A DNA stretch of 64,000 bases, taken from positions 172,652 through 236,651 of the forward strand of contig NMRA01000455.1 in NCBI GenBank assembly GCA_002633005.1, given 5' to 3'. The translations under genes and the position numbers were made by a program. Positions within the stretch are counted from its first letter, which is position 1, and each line of letters opens with the position of its first letter. Below, in pieces: positions 34,895 through 46,376 of the stretch. Under the pieces are notes generated by a model. The model saw only the letters and a list, made by a program, of their open reading frames with translations. It was not told the DNA's origin and made no database searches. The DNA comes from Phoronis australis. Its lineage: Eukaryota; Animalia; Phoronida.

Positions 34895-37137
34895 TTTACG
34901 TAAAGTTTATGAAACTGGACCAATTAATGGGCTTTTCTGCACACTTGCCGGAGTCAGAGAAATGAGTTGTTGTGTCACGTGACCATCACGAGGAGGTGCT
35001 TATAGAATTAGGTAGCTTCGCATAGCAAGGCGTCCGCAGTGAGTGTTAGAAACGTAGGATTAGCGCGGAGGAAAATGCTAGGTAAAAGACAAGACGACAT
35101 TTAGAACTGGCTCGGAGAAAAATAGCGATAAAATCTCTGTTCTCGGCTACTAAGATGTGTGTTCACATTTCAAAGTAGCTGAGTAACTTTTTAGAGTTTT
35201 CTAAGCTGCGCTACATCCGAAAACCGGCGCGACACTGAGTTAACAAGCGTTCTCTCACTAAGCAAAGATTTTATAGGGGATATAGTATCTTTGTCTAAGC
35301 AAACTCGGGCATTTCTAAAAATAACTTACGGCCTTAGTTTAATGTTTGAACAATCCTTTTTGAATCCTACGGATAACGAAGGGTAATATTTTAACGCACA
35401 CAAATCGTCTCCCGAGTTCAAAATAACGCCACTGTCAGAACTGAATAAGTCGGTGTACGGTAGGCCTATCACTTCCAGTCGGACCTTCAGCATTTATGCC
35501 GGGGTTCAATTTATTTGAGTATAATGCACGTGTTGAAGTTTATTAGGATTGTTTCTCGATCACTTTCTGCTATGAAATGTACGGTCGAAGCATATACAAC
35601 TAGTAGAATTAAAAACATACAGTTAGTACTATATACTTGTGATTCATGGCAATAGGGCCATCCTGGATTACACAGTGACACTTGAATCTCGCTGTATTTA
35701 CCCACAATGCCGTAAACATTTGTCAGGCACATTTGCTGCCTCGTTTTCGAGCCACTAGAGTTTCACATGTTATTTGTTGTTGTCTGATTCTTAACAAGTT
35801 TTTTCTCGGTTGCATTACTCTATTCGTTCTTCCTATGCTAACGAAGTATTAAGTGTTAATTGTGTCGAGGACTGCAACACCGGCGTGAAAAAGTTTTATA
35901 AACTGGACAAATACCCGTGGATGCGTGATCTAAAATTCTTTGCCTTATCGCGACATTAATGAGAGACACGAGAAATGTGCCTGATTGCAAAAACTACATC
36001 ACGTACTTTCTTATTTCCATAATAGCGGCGAATAAAAGTCATCTATAAGGCATACAAACATCTGTTGAGTGACAATATCTGACGAGTGCAGTTTTCAAAT
36101 GCATATTCTATGCTACTGTTTCTGATTGCCGAAGCGTATCAGTTTGCGTTCTTTCCAGGAATCGCCATCTGTCGAAAAAAATGCATGGAAAACTATGCAT
36201 CGACATTGTTATTCTCAATGCAGAGTAAAGAATAGTGATCAGAAAAATACATGCAAGGTTGGTTACATTTAATTCAACCGACATTACAACAGTCGCGTTT
36301 CACCTATTACACTCTTTCCAAGAAGAGTCATGGAAAAAATGCTTGAAAACTGTGCCTCGGAGTGGTTGTTCTCAATGCAGGGTAAAAAATCGTTATCCGA
36401 TAAATTCATATGTACACAGACGTTCTCTTGTACTACACAAGGTTGACTGCATTCAATTCAACAGACATTACAACAGTCGCGTTTCAGTTTGCGTTCTTTC
36501 CTAGGATCGTCATGAAAAAATGCTTGAAATGCTATTCCCAGAAATTTAAACTATTTATCAGAGTAGGAATTGTTTAAACTACATTTTCGTAATATAACAT
36601 AAGCAAGTAAACTGCAACGCATAGTACGATCCAAATCCATGACATAGGGTGTATCACCCATTTATGGCCTTTTGTCTGGTCTGCAGTGCACTGCACTCTT
36701 AAGATAGGAAACTGGTTGGTTTTCTAATCGGAATGTGTGAATGAATGAGCTTATGAAAAGCTTACGTTCATTGCACTGTAGTCGGGATATGAATAAAAAA
36801 ATAAAAAGAAAAAAACAAGGAATTGCGGTTTTAATACGGGTGTGCCGTCTACTGTATATTCGTCTTTTTATCCGTTTTATTCAGAAAACGTACTTAGTCG
36901 GCACGCATCTGTTTGCAAATTTTATAATGAACACGCGGTTTACTCCGTGGATGGGTGGACACAGGTTATCGCTGACCGGTACGTGTTTAGTAGCTTTCGG
37001 TGCGACGATAGACTAAAGACTGGATCGAGTTTTAATATCACTTTATTAATCTCGGCCGCACGTACTCAAGACTACTCAAACAAAACGTACTACGTAATAT
37101 CTGTTTCATGCTGCAGCTAGTGCTGCAAAACCTTGAC

Positions 37138-37306
37138 CAGGGGTGGATCCAAGATTTTGAGTTGGGGGGGCGGGGCAGAGTAGGCCTATCTTAGTCAGGA
37201 ATTTGCCCGTCAAACACTTACACCCCGAATTACCAAATTTAATATGGGAGAATTTTAGGGGGGGGGGGGGCATGGCGCCCTTGGCCCCCCTCTAAATCCG
37301 CCACTG
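37138..37306. mobile_element. CAGGGGCGGATCC-type MITE
   Basis: Collinear with 40674-40834. Confidence 0.7.
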
Positions 37307-37517
37307 CATGTACACAAAAGGCTGGTGACAATTCCACATCGCCTGGAGCTTCAGTTTCCGAATAGTTTGTGTGCGGAAATTTCAATTTTAAATTGTTCAA
37401 AATTTTACAATATTTCTTAAGTTAAGAAACATTGGACACGCGGCACAAGATGCACGGGAGCGGCAAGATTCTTTACGTAGCGTACGTGGCCTACCTTACC
37501 CATTCTTACGTGATACA

Positions 37518-37672
37518 AAGTGCTGTAGTGGTAAAATTAGAAATAAGTATAGGCGCCCAAAGCCCACTGTATCACTGAGCATTGAACGTAACTTACGGTG
37601 CGTAGGCGCTACGTTCAAATGCCAAAAGGTGGTTGGCTGCGCCTACGTGCGCCTACGCCCCACTACAGATTG
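37518..37672. mobile_element. hAT-like MITE with 8-bp TSD GTGATACA
   Basis: Imperfect TIRs (ctgtagtgg/ccactacag), subterminal GCGCCTACG repeats, TSD at 37510-37517 and 37673-37680. Confidence 0.65.
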
Positions 37673-38060
37673 GTGATACAAACTGTGTGCCAACCGGCCG
37701 CCTGTATCTCACGTACCCTGTAGCGCTTCATGGGTATGCAACAATTAATACTGAATAGAAGAGCGGCAAAAAGATTGACCACACCAGAGCCGAGCCAGTC
37801 CGAAGTTGACTACCCATTTTTAAATGGTCTTAAAACCTGTGCCTTGAACTAGACGGACCCGGACTCATGTGTAGTTCATGAGACCTTTCAACTGAAAACC
37901 ACGTACCGCATTCTAGTTTTCCGCGGCCAGGGCTTGAATCTCTTTGTATCCGGTTATTTCATAAACCTAACCCTTAATTTGCTAGTCTGCCGAATTCAGT
38001 CTTGGCCCGATTAAATCCGGCATTTGTCTCAGAAGTCCGAAACACTAAGTTAANAGCTAA

Positions 38061-38135
38061 GTCGTGGTGTTGTAGTGGTAAAGCACGCGCGCTCTATCCG
38101 TCAGGTCGTGAGTTCGAGTCTCTGGTACTTGCAGG
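38061..38135 (+). mobile_element. Degenerate tRNA-derived SINE head
   Basis: A-box-like TGTTGTAGTGGTAA and B box GTTCGAGTC at tRNA spacing. Confidence 0.45.
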
Positions 38136-38574
38136 TGTTCCTGTATGACACGTTCTCCGTGTTTTTTTTTTCACCTGTTTTTCTTGGATAATACTTCAGG
38201 AACCAAGGAAAATGCTTGATTTTTGAGGAAAAAACAGAAAATTTTCCTGGGCGGGAGGGGGGCCCCCATCCCGACCTCCCCAATTCGGTGTTATGCGCAT
38301 CTACAATCGTGGTTTGCGCAAATCCTTACAGCCGGACAAAATGTCAGGCCCCCCTTGTGATATCCTAGGTCCGCCACTGAAACCTATGAGATTATTATTC
38401 AGAATTGGCATTCATGGGTCCAGACCCCTATACATAGAGGCGCTGTTCCCCGGCCCGCCCGGGGGCACTGCTGTGATCTGATCCCGGCCCTCCGCGGTGA
38501 CTTGAGAAGTCGCACAGTATTATTGCTTGTCAAAACATTCCATAAAATATTGAATAACAGATACAAAGACTTTC

Positions 38575-38881
38575 CAGGGGCGGATTTGGGGGGTGGGCAA
38601 GGGGCCCGGGCCATGGCCCCCCTAAAATTCTCTCAGATACCATTTGGGAGTTCGGGGTGCGAATTGCTTAGTAGCATATGCGCTGCGCGCATCCAGGGGT
38701 TCGGGCCGAAGAAAGCACAATTTGAACAAACTCCGTTTACTATAGTTTTTTAGTCAATTATTCCACAAACCCAAAAATTCTATAGTGCATCCCTACATTT
38801 TACGCTGTATGTGGTGAAATTATGGTTATTCCTGTGCCCCGACCCCCCTTCCCCCTACTCAAAATCTTGGATCCGCCCCTG
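38575..38881. mobile_element. hAT5-like MITE, TIR CAGGGGCGGAT, 5-bp TSD CTTTC
   Basis: TIRs and TSD seen directly. Confidence 0.8.
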
Positions 38882-39064
38882 CTTTCCAAGGGCTTTACCT
38901 ACTCCTTGATTAATATCCTGAAAGCCGTTTTCAACAAAAGAGCATCTGTTAATGTTGCATAACGAAGCAGCTCATTGGCTGGAAAGGTTTTGCATTGTCA
39001 TTCTCCGGTCATTCTGCCATTGCCTACCATCGTGGTCTTCATATACAACGACTTGAGAGCTACC

Positions 39065-42000
39065 ATGTCGGACGTGAAGACTTTTGTTGACGCCAAAATT
39101 GGGAAATATAAGGTATGAGTCTATTTGGTTGTCTCTATTTTTAAATGGGATGAAAATCACCTGTGAACCACAGGCGTCTTCAGCTTCTGATCGTCCCCAA
39201 TACACTCACAGGCACCTTTAAGTAGCCCTCTACAATATAACATAATATTATGTTATATTGTAGAGGGCTACTTAAAGGTGCCTGTGAATACACTACATAG
39301 TGTATTGGGGACGATCAGAAGCTGAGGACACCTGTGCTGTGAACAATGTAGGCCTACTTTTCTTAGCTGCAAAGCAAGTACGATAATCCGCTTCCTACGG
39401 TGGCATTAAACTAGTGTCAATGGCCGGTGGCATAGTAGTCGGAGGTAGCGGTCCCACTTTAAACCACCCTAACTTCTTCAATTTTTAATCTAGAATCATG
39501 TTTTTAGTATCCACGTGTTCACGGCGTATAGGAGTTCATTTGTGGCGTTAATTCTCCCATACCTTAATCCCATGTTTAATTAATTGACTTTGAAGTTCAA
39601 GTTCTTTTTCCGACTTGGTTGCCAGTCGGTTACACGCACAGTGACGCACGCCTACCGGCGATTGTATGTATTCATTGTCAGGGTAAGAAAACCCCCGTTT
39701 CATCATTTGCAGTGTTGCTACCTCTACCCAACTCGTGAACAACCCCATACGGATTGGCGGCCCCGGAGTCATCGTGCAAATTGATGAGTCGTTGATGGCC
39801 AGATGAAAGAACAACGTAGACCATGTGGTTCAACAACGATGGGTGTTTGGAGGATACTGCCCCGCACAGAACGTTGGATTTCTGCAGTTTGTGCCGAACA
39901 GGAACGCCAATACACTTGTTCCCATAATACAACAGTTCATCTTACCCGGGTCCATCATCCACAGCGACATTTGGGCTGCTTACAACGGTATTGCCAACCT
40001 CCCCGTTGTGCCGCCATACACCCACCAGACGGTCAACCATACCATGAACTTCGTTGATCCACAAACTGGTGCACCCACCAACCATGTCGAGTGTTACTGG
40101 AAGAACGCGAAGATGAGGTTTAAGAGCATGTGTGGTGTCCTCCCTGACATGTTGGGTGTGCATCTAGACGAGTTCATGTGGCGAGAACGTTACACCGGCA
40201 TCAGCGGTCGACAGGCGTTTTTCACGATAGTCGACCACATAGCACTGTGGTACCCCACTCCTTGAGTACCAAAAACCCAACGGCCCTATTAAGGGCCACT
40301 CATTACTTCCCGATTGGCTGTTTCACTTGAAGTTTTCTACAACGGTAGGCCTACAAGGCACGCCTTAACGTGACTTATACAAAACCAAATTTTCTGCATA
40401 ATTACTATTTTATAATAAGCTGCATACCATTACTAGGCCTACAGTGTAATTGGTACAATGGTATCACAAGAATCTATTATATAAAATGCATCGTTTGCAC
40501 AAACTCCGTCTTCCCCGCTCCACTACAGACCTTCGTTAAGCACGTTTCGGCACCGGGAGCTGTTGACTGCTGTTCATTCGAATGAACTATCACAGATAAT
40601 CGATTCATAATCTATGACTATGGTCTTGTACAGTAATAGCCTACATGACAGGCGCTTGGTCTTTTGTTAGTAGCAGGGGCGGATCCAGGATTTTGAGTTA
40701 GGGGGGGGCCATGGCAGAGTATTAGCCAGGATTTTGCCCATCAGACATTCGCACCCCCCCTCTGACAAATGTAAACTGGGAGAATTTTAGGGGGGGCATA
40801 ATGGCCCCTTGGCCCCCCTCTAAATCCGCCGCTGAGTAGGCCTACTGTTCACTCAAATCAGTCAATGTGCTGTTCCGACCAGTCCGCTTTGTCTTGCTGT
40901 GCGTGAACTTGGAATCCTGCTCATACTCAACTCAAGATCGTGTATGCATGAACTTTTTTGTTAGGATAAATGTAAAGAATTTTTTGGGTAGGCCTAATTG
41001 GCTTCAATGATCACCCATTTTCTCCTTTACCATGGTTTGTGTCAAAGAATTGGCGGAATACGGGAATGGTTAAATCAATTATTGTCTGGTGAATAAAGAT
41101 TGATTGAAATTTACCTTATTTTATTAACATTTAATTTAATTTGGTGCAATGCAAATTTTTATCAACATGAATGCGATTGTTTGAGTGAAGTTGTGAAGTT
41201 TCTCTTCATCGTATTCTAAGTTTCCGCATACGCTATCTTGAGATTAAGCAAGATTCCAAGTTCACACACAACAGCCTGTACATAGATACAATTAACATGA
41301 TCTATTAATAAATAAATTTGAATCAAAACCAAAACCTTATGAAGTCAATTTTATAGCGATCGAGAGCATTTTGCGCAATCTTTTTTGTTATTCAAAAAAT
41401 TAAGATGTTGTTTTATTAGTTCATTGTATTATATTACTGTTTCTCTTGTTGAGGGCCCTCTTGGATAGCAGTGCTATCACTGAAGAGGCCAACCTCATTT
41501 TAAATATCACAATAATAAATAAATAAATAAATAAATTTAAGTCCCAAGATTTTCAATGTATAAGTGCAAACAATTTTTAGTGGCTGGAGTGTCAGTTCTG
41601 GATCACTCTGACCAGCACACCATGCAAACACCAAATGTTTAACTGTTGATATTGCAGGGATCATGTTAGAAAAAAACATGGGTATTGGTGAATTGATGCA
41701 CAGAGCCTCAAGTCTATGGGCCAATTTGGAAGACGTGTGGGCCATGTTAGTTTTTTGTCCTTTTCACTTCCAGTTTTAGTGGGCCCATTGGCGTGGGCCC
41801 GATCTAATCAATGAGTACGTCATGATTTGGAACTAATTTTGCACCAATGACGCGGGACGTGCCTCTAAAACTATATTGATATAGAACTAGAAATTCCTTG
41901 AAAAACATTTCAGAACTATAACAACACAAGTATTTACTACAGTTTGATGCATGTGCTAAACAAATGACATGCGAGTATTCACAACATTTTTTATTTGGAA

Positions 42001-42146
42001 TTTGCGACCTCTCGCTGATGTGCATGCTACTTATACTTAGTACCAAGGTCAAGGCCACTACAAGTCAAACCTCACTGTGACTTTTATCTGTGTTGATACT
42101 ATTTCAAATCTTTAGATAATTAACAAAATGCTTTTAGATGTCGCAA

Positions 42147-42195
<49 letters not shown>

Positions 42196-43847
42196 TTATA
42201 TAAGCACTTCCCCTAATCTTGGTGCAGCAATGTCATGTCCACGATGTTGGCATTTTCAAGTTGGGTGAGAAATCACTGAACATCACACCACTCACCAGTG
42301 GTATTTGGTAGTGTTATGAACTTAGATGAGAAACCTGTGAAACTCACTGCTTTGAATTTGTCTCCATGTGACATCTTATGAAGGTGCAGCAGAATGTTTG
42401 TGCGCAAAATGCTCTCGCCGCCCATCAAAGTAACACAGTTTATTTTACAAGTCACGTCTGCATCAGAAAGACGTTTCCCAATTTTCTACTTTTCTACTTA
42501 GGTGGTTGTCTTCTCCAAGACTCATTGTCCATTCTGTACGATGGCCAAGTCAGCTCTCGATGATTGCAATGCAAAGTATGAAGTTGTGGAGATTGAGAAT
42601 TTGCCGGAATGTGGTGCAATTCAAGATTACCTTCTCGAGCTAACAGGAGGGCGCACTGTAAGTACGGTAGAGAAAAAAGATAATGTGTCCTGTAACAACA
42701 AGCAATGATATGTCTTGACTTGTAATGATGCTGTTATTCTAGATCCGGTTCTGACGGTGAGTCATGCTTGCACTTGGCCATCATGCAGGCAGAGTTCTCC
42801 CTCGACAAAAATTCAAACAAGGTGTAAATTGTATGTCATGTTCTCATGTAGTGATCTTTCTTTTAGAAAACAGCTACAGTTGATCATTATTTTCACTTGC
42901 TGAACGTGTCACTATCATTTTTACTGCCCAATAATAAAATTTTCCACGACCATGGAACACAATTTCAATCACCTGGTTTTAAAAGCGGAAAAATTGGCTC
43001 TTGAAAAATGGCTCAGTATTTCAAACAGATCAATATTTTTAAGCATGGTCAGCCCCCAGCACAGGTGACAAGGACTGCTTGAAAATACCAGTGACTGCAT
43101 ATTTGCACTTGTATTTTCGGATTTAATTTCGTAAAAAGTGGTGACCAAAGAAACATGTTGAAGGTCCGCTCAGTGTCTGTACGAGTCGTACAAGCGAGGA
43201 CAATTTTCTACTCATGTTTTACTTTTTCCACTCGTATTTTGGTGCGTTTACTCGGATACATCGAGCGCTGATGGTGAGGACCGAGTGGATAAAGCATGTG
43301 TGTCGGGTTATTTTTGAACCGAATGGAATCCCCTTCTTGTCAAGACACCTTTCAATTCCAGTACTTTTTAAACGGTTGAAATAAGGAATAATTCCAAAGC
43401 CATACACCTTGGCGATTTCCTACGTCACCTGTGAAAATGTACATGACATTCCAAAACTAGGTCAATCGAAACGACGCGGTTTCTTATCTCCAGGACAAAG
43501 GAGAGTTCGATCGCTGCCTAATCCACAACAGCCCGTCTCTTGCGCTCAGATGTCATGAATAGGAATTCCTGTTCATCTTGTCTGGTTATTTTTGGTGGGT
43601 ACTGCAGCAAATTTTGAACTTATCATTTTGCAACCAAGTTTGCCACAGCATAAGAGCGCTCAAGTTGGATGGATTGGATATTAAGAAGTATTAGATATAA
43701 TGTGATGACCTTGACCTTGCCTTTAAAAGCTGCATGTTGTTTTTCATTCAGGTTCCCAGGGTGTTCATTGATGGGAAATGTATCGGAGGTGGCAGCGAGA
43801 CGAAGCAGCTCAAGGATTCTGGGAAACTTCAACAGATGGTGGCATAA
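39065..43847 (+). CDS. GLRX: Dithiol glutaredoxin, copy B (CPFC), 99 aa; exons 39065-39112, 42502-42657, 43752-43847
   Basis: MSDVKTFVDAKIGKYK|VVVFSKTHCPFCT...LTGGRT|VPRVFIDGKCIGGGSE...*; same intron positions as copy A. Confidence 0.95.
39169..39336. mobile_element. Palindromic 80-bp MITE (outer) with 8-bp TSD CTGTGAAC, interrupted by a second palindromic MITE
   Basis: 38-bp arms (2 mismatches), CACAGG...CCTGTG ends, TSD at 39161-39168 and 39337-39344. Confidence 0.9.
39207..39286. mobile_element. Perfect 80-bp palindromic MITE (inner) with 8-bp TSD AATACACT
   Basis: 40+40 perfect inverted repeat with no spacer, CACAGG...CCTGTG ends, TSD at 39199-39206 and 39287-39294. Confidence 0.92.
39729..40265 (+). 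pseudogene. Merlin / IS1595(ISXO2)-like DDE transposase remnant in intron 1 of glutaredoxin B
   Basis: IGGPGVIVQIDES, WVFGG, LPGSIIHSD.W.AY, H.TVNH..NFVDP.TG..TN.VE..W, LDEFMWR motifs; in-frame TGA at 39804-39806; N-terminus not evident. Confidence 0.9.
40674..40834. mobile_element. hAT5-like MITE, TIR CAG(G/C)GGCGGAT, 5-bp TSD AGTAG
   Basis: TIRs and TSD seen directly. Confidence 0.8.
40896..41275. mobile_element. MITE with ~50-bp imperfect TIRs
   Basis: gtgaacttggaatc..ctcaagat.g.gtatgc repeated in inverted orientation; TIR fragment also at ~27757-27792. Confidence 0.65.
41440..41535 (+). mobile_element. LINE/SINE 3' terminus (stem-loop followed by an AAAT-repeat tail)
   Basis: gagggccctcttggatagcagtgctatcactgaagaggccaacctc then (aaat)n, resembling L2/CR1-group 3' ends. 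Confidence 0.5.
42148..42195. repeat. (CA)n(TA)n microsatellite
   Basis: Seen directly. Confidence 0.95.
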
Positions 43848-45297
43848 TGTTATCTCTGTTTTTTGTACCTGCAGACCAAATTTAATTGATGTGATCATGT
43901 GTTTGCGCACAAAGTAATGCTGTCTTTACATCATTTTTTTGTTAATTTTCATCTGTTTAGTCTTTCCTATCTTGCCGTTTTTTGGAGCCAATGGAAGTGA
44001 ATTTTGTTGTTTGTTACCAGTATTAGTTGTTTGCAATCGTACTCAAATTGCCATTGGTAAATATGGTAAAATCTCGCCAATTTCGGACAAAAATAATTGC
44101 CAAAATTGGTCTTTTCTCATTTTTCAAACGCTTCTAATATTGTTTTGAATGCCCACAGTTGCTGGAAGCATTGTCTGAAGGTAGCTACGACATAGACCTT
44201 TAAATTGGTGTAACATCTATTTGGTGCTGCTTATCTTTTGTTAAAAAAATGAAAACAGAAAATTTCACTTGTCCGTCATATTGTGTCCTAAGTTTGTGAG
44301 ATTTTACGGTATCAATAATCCTATTGAATGATCATGGACTGATTGTCCACATTACACAGTTTGTTGTAGTTTATCTCATGAATGTATTGTGACGCACAAT
44401 TTGAAACTTATCAGTCGGACTTTTGTCAATTTCATTATACCTTTGTAAGCCTTATTTCAGGACAAACTTTGTTATCTTGGGAAACATTTATTGTATACAG
44501 ATTATGTTTATAAATAATGTTATTTAATGCGAGTGATATTGTTGATTAATGCTCTGGAACAAAGTTGTGATATTGTCTGCTAAGCAAAATAATGTGTATT
44601 GATGCAGATAATGGACCAAACCGTACATGTATGTATGTCTGTGTTGCAACCTGACAATCCTTAGTGGGAAACATACTGTATTGCTCACTCTGAACCGATA
44701 TCTACTAGATCTCTTCTACTATTGCATACCAAAATTTTTCTGTTACCGGTATTTAGTCTTCACTGATTTTGCCTCTGTACTGTGACTTTGTATGTTTTTC
44801 TCAGCAGGAAATATATGGATAACATGAATTCATGTGTTTTTTCTGCCAGCACTTCCACACACACACACACACACACGATATTGCGATTTGAAGGGTGGTC
44901 CAGAAATCCAAGACGAGGCCTGCTGATGATGAAACATATGCTCAAAGTAACTTGACTGTGACTTCCTGTCTGTTTGAGTCTGCTCAACTGCTTGTTACAT
45001 TATCCAATCTTTAGTGCATTTTTCTGACACACTCAGTCCCAATGTCGGTTTTTAGGTCCAAACCTGACACGAAAGTGCATTTGGTCTCGGCTTAGCTACA
45101 AAGACTGTCATCGCATATCTTGTGTCATGACCCAAGTGGGAATGACCAAGGGCAGACTTCGGGGACTCTTACAGTTGTAAAAGAGTTCTAGGGCCGAGGG
45201 GGGGGGGGGGGNGTCTTAAACCCACTAATTAAGTGCTTTGAAAGTCATTGGAAATTGGGGATGTGGTACAGAGAAAGGGGGATATTTCTGTGACAAA

Positions 45298-45447
45298 ATA
45301 GACGCATCTCCGGGGTTCAGGGGGTCCGGACCCCCCTTTTTTTGGTTGATTTTAGTGATATCAAATCTAGAATTGTTAACTCGGACCCCCTTTTTAAAAC
45401 AATCCTTCATCCGACCCCACTATTAAAAAGGCTTGGATCCGCCCCTG
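45298..45447. mobile_element. hAT5-like MITE, same family as 5773/19112
   Basis: Shared core and GGATCCGCCCCTG end; TSD not evident. Confidence 0.65.
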
Positions 45448-46309
45448 GGCTAGCAATTACTGAGGAAGATTACCGAAGTAGGCCGGTTCTCCCATAAGTA
45501 CTGGTTAGGCTTTTCGGGAGATAAAGTTGAACTTATCACCGAGAGTTGGACACTGACCATGTGCGGTGATTCACCTGGAAACTAATCTTGCTATGGGTCA
45601 AATTTGTTTACCGTGCCACGTTGCTGAAGCTAAATATATCGTCTAAAGATATTTTAACACTGTGTGTTTAACATGTGCATACACTGTGGCAAAGAAAAGC
45701 AAATACGCTGGACTAGTTTCATATTTCTTTCACGGTGTTGTGACCGGTGTTGCCTAGCTGTTTTATTGCCAAAATCAATAAAAACCTGCCAAGAGTAAAA
45801 ACGACAAAAAGGCGACTAAAGAGAAACGTTTGGAATTCTAAGACGTACAAATTTGTCAGTTCCCAAAGATAGGAAAAAACACAGTGTAAAAAATGGCGAA
45901 AAGTCGTGTCAAATGTGAAAGGCAGTGTCTTCAGATGAATTCGTTTGTGCATAGATGCAGCTAGAAGTCGTTTACTCTGGAAGTATTTGCGCTGTCGGTC
46001 GGCAAACCAACTGGCATAGGAAAAGACGACACTCGAAATCTCATTGGCCGGCCGGGGCTCCACTTTTTCAGTGCTGCGCCGGCCATGGTCTATGGGGCGG
46101 TGCACCACAGAGGAGGCTGGAGACTATAGCCCACTTTTTTCAGTGCTGCACCGCCCATGGTCTAGAACAATTGATTTTATGACTAGGTATGAAACCCGAA
46201 TAAATGAAGAGGCGCAAGGGATCTCCAGCCAACGCACTCACCATTTCGTACGCGCGTTTTACCCTATTTATCTGCTATTCGAAACATGTCATGAACTGCG
46301 CCTCTGCCA

Positions 46310-46376
46310 GTGTGTGTGTGTGTGTGTGTGTGTGTGTCGGTNTGTGTGTGCGTCCGTGTGTGTGTGTGTGTGTGTA
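46310..46376. repeat. (TG)n microsatellite with an N
   Basis: Seen directly. Confidence 0.95.
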
